From Phallusia mammillata (Eukaryota): a DNA stretch of 64,000 nt. A program made the translations under genes and the position numbers. The notes beneath the pieces were generated by a model, which searched no databases, was not told where the DNA came from, and saw only the letters and a program-made list of their open reading frames with translations. The DNA lies in the NCBI GenBank assembly GCA_965637545.1, contig OZ281495.1, positions 20,708,001 through 20,772,000 on the forward strand, written 5' to 3'. Each line of letters opens with the position of its first letter. Position 1 is the first letter of the stretch. Below, in pieces: positions 12,143-24,980 of this stretch.

Positions 12143-15125
12143 ATGTTGCGCTTTCTAAAAAAGTCACAGAACTATTTCAAACGGAATGTGAAGATTGCCC
12201 TAATCATTCTGTTTCTCATTATTATTTTGTTGCTGGCTATGATGGTTAAAGATATATCACGCAAAAGCTTCCTTGAAGGTGAGTAGCAGTACATTACTTC
12301 AACCAAATATTTATGCCAATGATGGTTCGAAACAGGATTTTTCAAGCAGAGAGATATTCGGTTCTTTACGCACCAAAATGCATTTTAAATCAAATGTACG
12401 TGTAAAGAGCACAAAATCTACAGTTAATATTGGAAATATTTTTAGTGCAACGAAGGATTGAAACACGGGAAAATATTCTGCAAAAAATTGAGAAATACAA
12501 TGAAGAAAATATTAAGGTATCAATCAGTGACGTATCCAGGATCGTTTTTAGGGGGGGCCAACAATATAAAATATATTGCGCCATCTTGCGGTGGCAACTG
12601 CGCCATCTTGCGACGGCAAGTGCGCCATCTGGCGGTAGACTGTGTAGACCTCTCTGTAGCACCTGTTGTGCCGACTAAACTCGCAATATCAACTAAATGC
12701 TGGTTGGCCTAAGGCCCTGTGAAGCCCTTACTCTTGCTGTAAGTAACGAACGTTATAGTCACTATTCGATCGTATACATGTAACACTTTTCAACACTCGA
12801 CACAGTTGTTTTTAACAGTGGTTGCCTCTTAATCATATTGTGAGTTATTTTCACTTGTATGAGTGTGACGTAACAATGTATTATAAAATTCATTGTAACG
12901 TCATACGCGCAGTTCGACGCCAAGTGGCCTGGATTGGCATGCATTGTTTATTGAGATGTGTGACGAGCATAAATGCGTTACGCACATTAAACAAAATAGC
13001 GCACATTGCTATTCACAGTTTTGTCTGGAATTGCAAGATTCAATACTAAAACAGCTGGACAAAATTTCTTGAGGGGGGGGGGGGGGGCATGGCACCTTGT
13101 CCCCCCCCTAAATACGCTAGTGGTACCAATACAATTATTACATCAAAGTTCGATAGTTTAAAAACCGTGATTGCTTTTTCATGTGTGCACGCTGGTTTTT
13201 AATTGGACACTGTACTTTCAAGGTTTATTGCTGTTGTTGTATATATATATATAGGCCTACATATGTTACAGCAAAGAAGGAACTTAATTTAGTTAGCATT
13301 AATACATTAGTTTACGACATTTATAATTTTCAGATACTATTTTATTTGTTAGAAAAGCACGTTTTTTTTCAGTCCTAAAAGTTAATAATATCGGTCCCAA
13401 AAGGTTGTAGAGACTAAATGTAACTAACATATTAAAATGTTTCCAAAATACGAACAGAACGAAAAGCATCGTTTGCCAAAAGTTATTGGAATCGGAGTCA
13501 AAAAATGTGGAACTGACGGAGTGATCAGTTTTCTGAATCACCACCCTTTAGTTCGAATACTTGATGGAATAGAGAGTTTTTTCTTCTCTTCAAGAACCAG
13601 ACAAAATTTGGATGTTTACAGGTAGTAATTATTGCGGCCGGAAAACTTGCGCCTACAACGTGAAACCTTTGCTCTCCATGGGGTTAACACTTTGCGATGA
13701 ACAATTTATATACCGCACCAACAAATTCTTTAGTTCTATTGGCAGGTTCTTGTTTTTAACAAACATGACGACACATGACAATCTTTTTCAAAACAAAATA
13801 TGGTAGGACCCCTATTACAACCCCTTATTCAAGAATTTTTGTAGAAGTCGTATTAAAATTTTCGGGAGTTCTTATCCAAGTTTCAACCAATTTTACAAAT
13901 GTTGGTTGTAATGCAGAAACATGATGCCACTAACAAATGACAGACAAGTTGCAATGGAGAAAACGCCGATTTACTTCGCCTTTCCACCCATAAATACCCC
14001 AGAGTTAATCAAAACATCCATTCCTGATGTAAAACTTATTCTTATAGTTTGTGATCCAACTCTTAGAGCGTTTTCGGATTATGTGCATGAAGTAAGTATA
14101 AGTAACTTAGTTACGATAAAAAAAGGTTAATAGGTAATAATTCTGAGTAAGGTTGAATCGTAAAATATTTAATAGCATTTTTTTAAAATTTTGAAAACAA
14201 AAGAAGGCGGTTGATGACAATGGAAATGAATAATTTGCTTTCGTGATCCCCGTCTCACGCAAGATATTTCATATGTATTCTAATAAAAAAAAATGGGACA
14301 TACTCAAAACAAAGTTAGTTTCATGTAAAGTTCAATATCGCCAACATCTGTACTTCTTAGTATAGGCATTAAACTGAAGTTAAATGTGTTTAAATTAGAT
14401 AAGGTTTTGTGTTGTGAATGGAATCCAATGAACGGGTTGAGTTATGTGACAATGAGGAGAAAATGTTTTATTTTTTTCAGAGAATAAGATACGACCTCTA
14501 CGACGATCCAATGATTAGAAAATACAAAACATTTGAGGAGTATGTTGATGAATATCTTCCAAAACTGCAACGCAACATCAAAGAATGGCAAAAAATATCT
14601 TCAAAACTCTCTGACTTGAGAGAAAAAATCGTCAACTTAGTTCACACCGATGAAGCTTCAACACTTTTATCCAATGGAATTTACTCAGCTCACATTAAAC
14701 AATGGCAAAGTGTTTTTAACGCTTCAAACTTAAGAATTTTGGACGGCAACCGATTTATGCAAGATCCTGGTTCTATAATTGAGGAACTGCAGGATTTTAT
14801 TGGAATTCCAAAGGTTTTGTTGAAGGAAGACTTTGTTCGCCATCCACACACCGGATTTTTCTGCTACCGGCAATTTACAATGAAACAGTTTCAAAACCAA
14901 CTACCGATGACAGAAAACATGACGTGTTTAGGAGGTGGTAAAGGTCGAACCCGAAACGGCAGGCAGAAGGCTGACGAGGAAACACTAAAAAAGCTGCGAG
15001 CATTTTATCGTCCTTTTACTCAACAATTTTTTGAAGACATCGGAGAATCTTTTTCCTGGAATAAACCAACAACCCACAAAAAGCCGATTTCTAAAGAAAC
15101 GGAACTTTTTCAGCTAACAAAGTAA
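12143..15125 (+). CDS. Heparan sulfate 3-O-sulfotransferase-like Golgi sulfotransferase, copy 1, intact
   Basis: Exons 12143-12278, 12446-12516, 13458-13621, 13917-14091, 14481-15125 are phase-consistent; the exon 1/2 split is the least certain. Type II TM anchor; 5'-PSB LPKVIGIGVKKCGT; EKTPIYF; 3'-PB region LIVCDPTLRAFSDY; GIYSAHIKQW; GFFC...CLGGGKGRT. Confidence 0.88.
12525..13122 (+). mobile_element. Degenerate MITE (cagtgacgta...tacgctagtg) in an intron of sulfotransferase copy 1
   Basis: Imperfect TIRs with G/C-run subterminal blocks. Contains three 22-bp-spaced gcgccatct repeats at 12577-12638. Confidence 0.5.
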
Positions 15126-16060
15126 ACTGACAAGTAGTTCATCGACAAAAGGGTTTCGCGAGTTTGCAATAATGACTTTTATTGCTTTTGCTTACTACTT
15201 TTAGTAGTTACCATTTTTCTTTTCTAACGATAAAAGTAAAAAAATAATAGGAAGATCGAATGATAAAATAAACAAAATTTTGGAATGCGCTATAATTTTG
15301 GGCTGCTTGATTAATTTCTTCGGATTTTTTATATATTGGTATTTACCAATTTTGTCTGAAGTGAGTAATGTGATTGATGCATTTTCCCAATATTGGTGAA
15401 CATCTCCAGACAAGACGTTCAGGGAGACACGTTTTCGGCATCACGTTTAAAAACACAAAGCAAAATAACGCTCATATATATATGCCGTGAAATGTATGGT
15501 ATATCATACGTACACAAAAGCATCAATATTGAAACAAAGGGTTTTTTAATTTTTTTTCTATTTCTATCATATCAAGGACTCGCCACGTTTAAAGCTGATT
15601 GTGTGTTTTAGCAAAAAAAGCTTGAGTTAACTAATACCATAACACTTGATATTCCATGCTCCACAGCGAATCCAAAATTAATGCTACTTTTGCAGTATCA
15701 CGCACAACAAAGATCCAAAGGAAGTTTCTGACATTATAGACAACACAAATAGAACTATAAAAAGACTTTGCTGCCCCCACAATATGAGAACCGTTGCTTT
15801 ACATAGAAAAAGAAGAAATAAATTAGGTTTCAAAATAGCTATAGGCTTCGTGCATCAACATTTTGCGTGCTATGGTGCTTTGTGGCATCTGATTAAAATA
15901 TTAATGAGGAAGCACACCAATTAATGCGTGTAGACTAAGTTTTATGGGCAAATGCTTAATAAACTAAAAAAAACAGGCAATATAGTAGTTTGTAAATAGA
16001 AAAATGACCTTGCGTGCAAGGCGTTGCCGAATCCTTAATTGGAATATCGTTTCACGTTTT

Positions 16061-18183
16061 TTAATCCCACTTAAAATCTTCGCCAATATCGGTAAAAAAT
16101 TGATGGTTAAACGGGCGATAAAATGCTCGCAATTTGTGTAAAGTTTCATCTTTGGCTTTCTGCATTCCATTGCGAGTACGGCCTTTTCCACCTCCAAGGC
16201 ACTTGAGCATCTCCCCACTTTTGGTGCTTCTTGTAGTTGATTGATTTTGTAAATGCTGCATAGTAAATTTTCGGTAACAAAAAAATCCGGTGTCTGGATG
16301 TCGAACAAAATCCTCTCGCAACAAAACTTTTGGGATTCCAATAAAATCCTGCAGTTCCTCGATTACTGGTCCGGGATCTTGCATAAACCGTTTACCATCC
16401 ACAACTTTTAATGTCGAACTGTTGAAGAAACTTTGCCATTGTTTGATATGAGCTGAGTAAATTCCGTTGGAGAGTACGGTTGATGCTAGGTTTATGTTAG
16501 TCAAGTTGACTAGTTTTTCTCGTAGGTCCGAATGTAGTAAGGACACTTTTTGCCATTCTTTGATGTGACGCTGAAGTTGTGGAAGATATTCATCAACATA
16601 CTGCTCGAAAGTTTTGTAGTTTTTGATCATTGGGTCTCCATATAACTCGTGCCTTATCCGCTGTAAAACATGTTATCATTACTTTTACGTTGGTTCACTT
16701 TTTGGTTTTGCTTTTGGCCAAATTGTCATGTCTGCGAATTTTATGTTTTGTTGTTGGAGGAGGTGGGAGGGATAATTCTAACGTATTTAAAGTTATTAAA
16801 ACAGAAAACAATACAGATGCAGACAGTGTACACCAGTGGTTCTGGCCCGAAAATTTTAATGACAGGCCCAGACATTAAAGCCTCAGGAAAGACAAAGACA
16901 ACAAACACAATAGAAAATTGATCTTGAACAATGCGTTTTAGGGCTGTTTGACATTGGTTAGGTCCAGCAACAATTTACTTAGCTAGTTAAATTTATTCAA
17001 AAAAATAATGACACAGAGTGTAAAGTCAGGCCCGAATCAGGCCCGTTTGTTTTGAAGAAACCCAAGCCCGGACCTGGCCCGAACACGGCCCGAACCCATA
17101 CCCAAACCCAGCCCCAACTCTGCCACGAGCTGTATTCCAGGGGGGCCGGGTGTACCCTCACCAGAAACACCCACTAAAATCAGTGAGTCATTTTTGTTTT
17201 ATAATGCGCAGAATTGAGTGTGTGCTGCAAATATTTCAATGCCGTGAGTAAACAAAAAAGCAAACATTTGAGGTAGTATAAAAACCGCAGGTCATTATTG
17301 CAATTTTTTGAAAAACAAATGTGAGCAATAGACTTTTATTTCACTTTGGAGATTTTCAATGTATAAACTCACCTCATGCACATAATCGGAAAACGCTCTA
17401 GGAGTTGGATCACAGACGATTAGAATAAGCTTCACATGAGGAATAGATGTTTTGATTCTGTATGGAATGTTTGTCGGTGGAAAAGCAAAATATATTGGTG
17501 TCTTTTCCATTGCAACTTGTCTATCGTTTGTCGGTGGCATCCTTTTTCTGCAAATTTGGTAATCAGTCAGGCCGGATTGTTTACTTGTTATGGTAAAGAT
17601 TTACAAGAATTTAATTTTGTTTTAAATTTTCTGTATGTGTGTACACTTTAACGCTGTGTATATTTACCGATAAAAACTTATATCTGGCGATTTTGTTGAT
17701 GAGAAGAAAAACATTTCCATTTCTTCGGGAATTCGAATTAGTGGATGTTGGTCAAGAAAACCTATTATTCCATGGGTGCCACACTTTTTTACTCCAATGC
17801 CGATCACTTTTGGTAAACGCCGCTTCTCATTCTACGAAACACGGGTCTTTACATGCAATCGTAGTTGATAAAACGAATAATTTTTTTAACTCTTCCTCTT
17901 ACAAACCATTAAAAATATTTCAATATCAATCTTTCCATTTCAACCAGAGGTCAACCTTGATATTTTCCTTATTGTAGTGCTCAATCTCTTTTAATTGGAT
18001 TTCTCGCTTCTCCAATCTACTTCGGCGAGCTTCATTAGTTTCTTCCAGTCTCAATCTTGTATCGACAGTGTCATGGTACAATTTTAACTTTGTAATTGCC
18101 AGCAACAACAAGATACTTACAGATCCAAACACAACAATTGTCAATTTCGGATTAGTTTTACAGTTTCGAAAAGCAAACCTCAT
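16061..18183 (-). CDS. HS3ST-like sulfotransferase, copy 2, intact
   Basis: Exons 18183-17956, 17831-17668, 17547-17373, 16660-16061, GT-AG and in phase. Same motifs as copy 1 (PKVIGIGVKKCGTHG, CDPTPRAFSDY, CLGGGKGRT). Confidence 0.9.
16850..17125 (-). mobile_element. MITE with ggcccga subterminal repeats, homologous to 62605-62905
   Basis: The shared block agagtgtaaagtcagg(c/g)ccgaatcaggcccg is found reverse-complemented at about 62665-62700. Boundaries approximate. Confidence 0.55.
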
Positions 18184-19812
18184 GTTAATGAATTTTTTTA
18201 GTTTCTTATTGCCGCAGGATCTACGAAACAAAAAAGTTGGCTACAGCAAATAATAAGAGAAGAGAGCCAGGCTTTTACATTTTTTAAAAGTTTCGTTTAT
18301 CGTATTTATTGTTGTTTAATTTTCCTTGCCTATCTTAAAACCTGCATATTGCCAGATCAATAGTTTAAAAACTCAGTTGGGTAGTGATACACTAAATTCG
18401 CTTTTTTTGTCCGAATCTGGACAAACGTGAAAGCTGGTTTCCAAAATAACCTTATGTTGCTAACTTGAACAAAAACTCACTAATGGCATTTCAACACAAA
18501 ACAGCTTTTACATTATGCAAGCTGCACCGTTCACAAAGTATGAGACAATGTGAACCGGATTTTGTAGGAATATTGAATGAAGTTTGCACTATGGTTATTG
18601 GCTTGCCCTTATAGCCTAGTGTTTACCTCATTTCCCTTATAGCCTAGTGTTTACCTCATTTACAAGTTAACACTCAAGTATGAATAAAGACTCTCGACCC
18701 TGACATATTGGCCTCTCTCAAAACCTAATTTCGTCTTGTTGTTGTCCGCAAAGACAAACAAATTTGGATCTTGGTTGGTGGCTTCAAGCTGTTTACAATG
18801 GGCTTACTCACAATTACACAAGTGATGGGATTTAAATTTTTGTCAGCCTATTTTATCACGAGTCATATTTTTCAGCCGGTTTTGTTACTAAAAGTTTATT
18901 GACAGTAACCAGTAACGCTAACCGGTTCTCTGACCTCATAAAATTTGAACGGTTTTCTATAGAACCGGTGCGAACGGCTGAATCCCATCACTGATTAACA
19001 GTTAACACATAAACTTCAAGAAGGTGATGCTTTGTAATTTTATAAATGCAAAGCTTTTCAAAAAAACGAATAAAAATGGAATTTTTCAGCTTTTTTTGTA
19101 ATGCAATGTTATAACTCACCCACCCTTTAAAAACAGATGGAAAGCGTTAGCCTCATGCTGAATATAGTGGCGAAAAAATTAAAAAGGTCTTGTCGACGTA
19201 CTCTGCATGAATTAAGCAAGGACGAGCGGAAAATCTAAACATCGGGGTCATTAAACTGATGGATGTCATTTATAATTAAGTAATAAAATTAATCAAGTGT
19301 GTGTGGGCATCTGGATAAAACATTATTAAATTATTTTTTTTAGATTATTAACGAAATTTTCTAATCATGCTATGAATAGCTTATGTTGGTAAAAATCAAG
19401 CAACACTGCCTAATGCGAAAGGTAGCGCAGAGCACTGGAGCATCTATAAAAAGGAAAACCCTGTGAGAACGCTAACATTTGATTGTAAGCATGCAAGAGC
19501 TGACTGGTAAATTGAAATGACAATTATCTCGAGATGGTCCAATCAATTCAATCACAAGTGTATTGATTTTAGTATCTGACCCCCTGACAGGCAACATGAT
19601 CAGCGATCGCTGTTTTGCCAAACTGTAATGCTAAATATGGAAACACGAATTCTACATGTATAAAAAAAGTAAAAGTTTGTTTTTCAAGGGTGAATAATAA
19701 ACACGTTGCTAAGAACTGCAATAAACCAAAACAGGCCAACTACATTATTGTTGAAAAATATGATACAAAAACGTTAACCACAGATTTCGGCAAAAGGACA
19801 AAACCACGAACA

Positions 19813-21686
19813 TTAGTGACACAAATAAGACAACCAAAGAGCGATAGCGTCCGATGCAATTTTAGGCTTGGAATGAATATCCTTTTGTGGACGCACTGTT
19901 GTTAATCCCCACGTATCAATAAATGTCAAATATTTCAGGTCTGACAGCATACCGAGCATTATTTGATTAAAACGGTACAAATACCATTCTGTTGGACGAA
20001 ACGGACTGGGCACAGTGTATCTTATTCCTAAGCGAACGAAAACTTTAACACCAGCGTTTCGTCGCTTTAATCGAATTATAGCGTTTTTAATGGCCAAAAG
20101 ACGTTCTATAAAAATCGACGGGTCGTAATAATCAAAATGCGCACCGATATGAAAAACCACAACAACATTGCCTTGTTCAGTTATATTGTCCAAAGTGTTT
20201 ACAATGTAAGGTTTGACACGAGGAGGTCCCGGGTTTTGCAAAGGAAGTCCGTGTGCTCTGTACTTAATTGTGATGTTTTTAAATTTATCTTTACCATTTC
20301 GTGGTTGCGACCAAAGAGCACTGTCATCAACGTCATCAGTCAAATTAAGTCTTTCAAGCAATATCAGGTACCACTGGCGCATCGTCGAGTCCCCGATGAT
20401 ATAAACAACTTTATTAACCAAACACTTGTCAGCAAGGGTCAAATCACGATGCGTGTTTTTGCATTCTAATGAATTCCATTTCCCGTCGAGGTAATATCCA
20501 CTTGGACGTGAGAAATTCATCGCTTTCTTTAAACTGAAATTTTTACATTGTGGCAGGTGATCAGGAGGAAATTGGTCACTAAACTGGCTTTGAAGCCAAA
20601 CTTCGTTTTTGATCGCAATTTCACGATTAACCGTTGTGTTGAACAGTTCCTTGTGATCGGGATGTTTCAACCTTAATCGGGTTCTTTGGTACCAGAGCAT
20701 ATCTTTGGGGCATGTTTCATTGGCAGGGCGATAACAAAACCACGTTGTTCCAAACTTTGGGTTTGAAAAATCACAGAGCAGTTTACCATTTTCCCTGAAA
20801 AAAGCAAGTGAATTTTAGGGCCAAAATAAGAATGCAATATCTGACTTACATTAGTTTTACGTCGCACTCTTCCTTGGTACCAGACGGATACGTTCCAATA
20901 AACAACAAGGGGTTTATTAAACTTGCTTGCATGATCAGGTCGATGACAGCTTCACTGGAATGTACAAGCTCCACTTCTAATTTGCTTAAACCGGGCCATG
21001 GTATCACGGTACGCCAAGTGTATCTTCCGTTTCCATGATCATAAATGGACACAGGCACTCCGTCATTTGTATTTGACTTAACCGGTCTCCATCGTATTAT
21101 TCTGTAAAATAAGAACAGTTTTCACGCAACAAGCCATGCTGTGATATATCATAGTTTGTGGTTGGGATAAAATGCGCTTTTTATGACTTTTTTATTCTTA
21201 AATGTTAAATCACATTTTCACGCCTTCTTGTTTTGGATATCTAAACATACACCTGCTTTATTTATTCACGGAATCATTCTTTGTAACCAACCACGGAATT
21301 ACATTTCTAAAATAATATCCACACCTTGCTCTAAAATAATCCCCGCCATATGTTTTGTTCGTTCCATAAAAATTTATAGACTGAATCTGTCCGAAAACCT
21401 CTTCTCCAGCGGCGTATTTGTTTTTGGCACTTGAGACCAAAACTTTACTAGGATCAGTAGAACATTTAAGATTAGTTTGTTTAATGCGTCCCGATTCTAC
21501 GTCAGTAAGAAGTTTTTCTAATTCAGGCAAATATTTTCTCCACTGTCGACTTCCAAAACTTGTCTTGACTTTTCGTTCATGATTAGTCAAAAACGTTGGA
21601 TGTGGTATGTTTGGGTATTTGTAAACTGACAGAGTCAACAACAAACTTAAAGCAATGAAAATAATACATTTCTTTGGTGATATCAT
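19813..21686 (-). CDS. NXPE-family (neurexophilin/PC-esterase, SGNH-like) protein, copy 1, intact, 531 aa
   Basis: Exons 21686-21325, 21101-20850, 20794-19813 (1596 nt, in phase). N-terminal TM anchor; KTYGGDYFRAR; DHGNGRY; TTWFCYRP; catalytic-type GDS (IIGDSTMRQW); DTW and KDIH near the C-terminus. Confidence 0.9.
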
Positions 21687-23056
21687 ATCATAAACAGTCC
21701 TACATAAAATCCAGAACGGTTTTCACTCTGTGCAAATCATTTTAAATCATTCAAGGGAAGAACAACTAGTTAATGAAAGTTTATTGATGTACTGGAAAAA
21801 CTTAACTTACACAAGGGATATATAAAAATATATAAATCGCTTTAAAACAAAACAACCAAATTTTAAGATACCAGTTTTTCAAAATAGATATTTTGGAGCT
21901 TGTATATACACCTAACAGCAGATCGCCAACTTGAACCTATTTCATTTGCAGTCGGTAATTTAGTCTCCGGTTATTCAATATTTTAAACAGTCTATGAACA
22001 CTTACAAACCTCGTAAGTAAAAGCTAAACTATTTGTGCTAGTCATTCGCTACACAGCTAAAATATAAACTACGCTAGCACTTAACTCCACTGACTACGCT
22101 ACGAGCTTGTACCACTGTACGCTGTGTCTTCACCAGAGAACAATGCCTATTGTTATTTCAAAAGTAATAAAACCCATTGTGGTAAACCGATATCAATAAA
22201 TAAATGTACATACTTGGCCCTGGTTGTGAACCACTGAGCTAGACGATGCTCTAGCCTCCAGCGGTACCTGATATTATTTGAATAAAACCGCGCAAAGCCA
22301 AAAATAAATTAAAGACATCCCGATTAATACATTGTTAACACTTCGAAAGACAGACGGTGAAAAATACCTTCGGTGGAAAAAATACAGGAAGATGTTTGCA
22401 ACATTTATGCAAATGGATCCTTTGTATGAAAGGGACAGGAATGTGCGCACATTTTAGCGCTCATTATGCAAATATTCGTAAACCCTGTTGCAGATGTTCG
22501 TGTCAATTAATCTTATATCGGACTATGTTGTCCTTGGTTATTTGTGTTAACTAACGTTTGGGGCTTTTTTTTACAATTTTTAGATAAATTTTCATCTCAC
22601 GCCCGTCACATAATGTGAAACCACTGCGACCAATGAAAAGTTTCAAGAGTCTTCAAAAATGTCAAGAGCAAATGATTAAAATTTTAATCGTACTTAAACG
22701 TGGAGTTGAGGTAAAGGGTCAACACACTTCATGCTATTTATACTAATTTCTGAGAGGTGGGCAAATATATATTGATCCAATATTGGAATGCTAAAAATCA
22801 TATGCTAGGTATTTACAAACAGGAAAACTTAACTAGAAAAGTGTTTTTGGCTTGACAGAGGTGACCAGTGAAAAACCTTTTTCAATGTAAAAAAATATTG
22901 GTATAAGTTAAGTGCCTTGCTGCACCCCTTTCAAATCACCAACCAATTTTCGCACCCCCTTCTGTAATTGCTTAAATAACAAAAGCATTGAATTTAATTT
23001 TTATGCGAGTTATCCCCGCACCCCCTAGGAACAGTTCTCGCACCCCTGGTCTAGAC

Positions 23057-23487
23057 CAGGGTTTCCCAACCTTTTTATGATCTCGTACCACTTGGACGCT
23101 CTGTACCGGAACGCGTACCACTTCTTGTAGAACAAATAATTCGATCAAATCATATTTTATTCAGAAGAAGAACCAAAATAACACTAAAGCACCACAACCA
23201 AATTTGATGAGATTTTTGCTTACGGTCCACCATAGTAGCCAAACCTACAAATGTGATAGTCTAAAGTTGGTAACAAAATGTTAGTTACAACTTTTTGTAG
23301 TTTCTTGCATTTTTGCTGCTCACGTTCCTACATTATCACATTACCACCAGTATCGCCAGTAAAGTATAAAAGAAAATATAAAGTTCTGAATACAGGCTTT
23401 TATGAAAAAACGGAAGCTACTCGCGTACCACCTGAAAAACCTTCACGTACCACTAGTGGTACGCGTACCACAGGTTGGGAACTCCTG
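23057..23487 (+). mobile_element. hAT MITE with gtaccac subterminal repeats
   Basis: TIRs cagggtttcccaacc / ggttgggaactcctg with 8-bp TSD gtctagac on both sides. The end of another MITE-like element abuts it immediately (caatggttctcaacc at 23496). Confidence 0.85.
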
Positions 23488-24484
23488 GTCTAGACCAATG
23501 GTTCTCAACCGGGACCCTCGCCCCCTGGGTCAGGAATCTGCGCGCCTAGTTCCGCGGTGGCGTCACACTACATCAGAAGTGCAATTTCTGGAAACGCGTG
23601 AATTTTATTTGAGCACATCAATACGTTCAACCACACACGTCACGGTTTTCTGCAAAAACATTCGTTCAAAAATGGGAAACAGAAATTAATTTTATGCCGA
23701 CAGAAATCAAGCTTACCAGAGTTTTGGACCAGGGTATCAAAGATATAAATATCTTGACATCATCAGAAAGTATCCTTGCAAAGGCAACATTATTCCTTTG
23801 CCTCAGAATTATAAAGTTAGCATTACCATCTATTAATGAAGAACAAATTATATTTAGTCACTTCCATTACTTTCAGTGTTGCCAGGTCAAATTGTGGAAA
23901 GGCGCAACTTTACCCGTTAAAAGCAGCCCAATTTTACAAACGCCTGAAATACAAATGATTTTTACTACTTTCACCTATTTGTGTGACAATTATTCAGGTT
24001 TATTCGTTTCAGATTCAATTTTTGTGCATTTTAAAATTGAATTTGAGCTGTTTCCGGTAACACTGTATTAAACACTTTGTTTACCCACTTTTTATGCTGT
24101 TTTTTTATTATTTTGTAATCTCTACTTTAAAACAAATATGTTTCGCATTAATAACAAAGTAAGATGACCCTTAAAACAATGACGAACGCGTTTATTAAAT
24201 TTCATTGTTTGAAAAATGAACGTTGCATTGCGTGGACTGAAAGCATTCTTTTGCTCAGCTGGATGTAAATCTCCGACGCCCTGAGCAGTTTCATTAGTTC
24301 TTTTGTCAAAATTGAACTTACAACGGTTTTAAAGTCACAATAATAATGCAATCATTACTCGTCATACAGTAGAAATGTCATTTACAAACCCGCCCAAAAA
24401 GGCGCAACCCGCAACTCGATGTCAAAAGTAGCCCAATTCGGCGACAAAAGCGCAACCTGGCAACACTGATTACTTTATCTAAAG

Positions 24485-24712
24485 CAGTGGTCGGCAACCG
24501 CCGGTCCGCGGCCCGGTACCGAGGAGTTCATTACCGGGCCGTGTAATTTTTCAGGTTAAGTGCTATGAAACATTTTGCCCATGTTTCCCTGTAATGATAA
24601 ACTAATTTAGGCGATTTTATTGCTAAATATTTGTAGTTTTTTGAAGACCGGTCCGCGATAAAGTTTTAGTTTCAAAAACGGTCCGCAGTGCAAAAAAGGT
24701 TGCCGACCCCTG
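24485..24712 (+). mobile_element. hAT MITE family A, copy 2
   Basis: TIRs cagtggtcggcaacc / ggttgccgacccctg; TSD atctaaag; homologous to 4276-4509. Confidence 0.9.
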
Positions 24713-24980
24713 ATCTAAAGTATGCAAATTCAAGCGAGCAACTGACGAACTACACGTGGTCCAAACTAAACTTAATACTAAATGGCCAAAAGCACAGCAT
24801 AGAGAACGAAACTACAAGGGTATTGTTACGTCATAGGGGATTCTGGCATTGTAGTGCAATCACACCATATAAGATGTGACGTAGGTATACAGTTGAGTGA
24901 TTTACGATGTTACAACTCTCTTTATCAGGGTTGCCAATTTGGCGGATTTGTCGCCAAATTCAACACGTTGGCACCAAAAA

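Noticed and set aside
18563-18797. Solo LTR (tgt...aca with AATAAA and a 28-bp internal tandem duplication)
   Set aside because: The flanks do not form a 4-6 bp TSD and there is no second copy in the window.
23694-24071. 125-aa ORF
   Set aside because: Lies in MITE-rich intergenic DNA, with no recognisable motifs.
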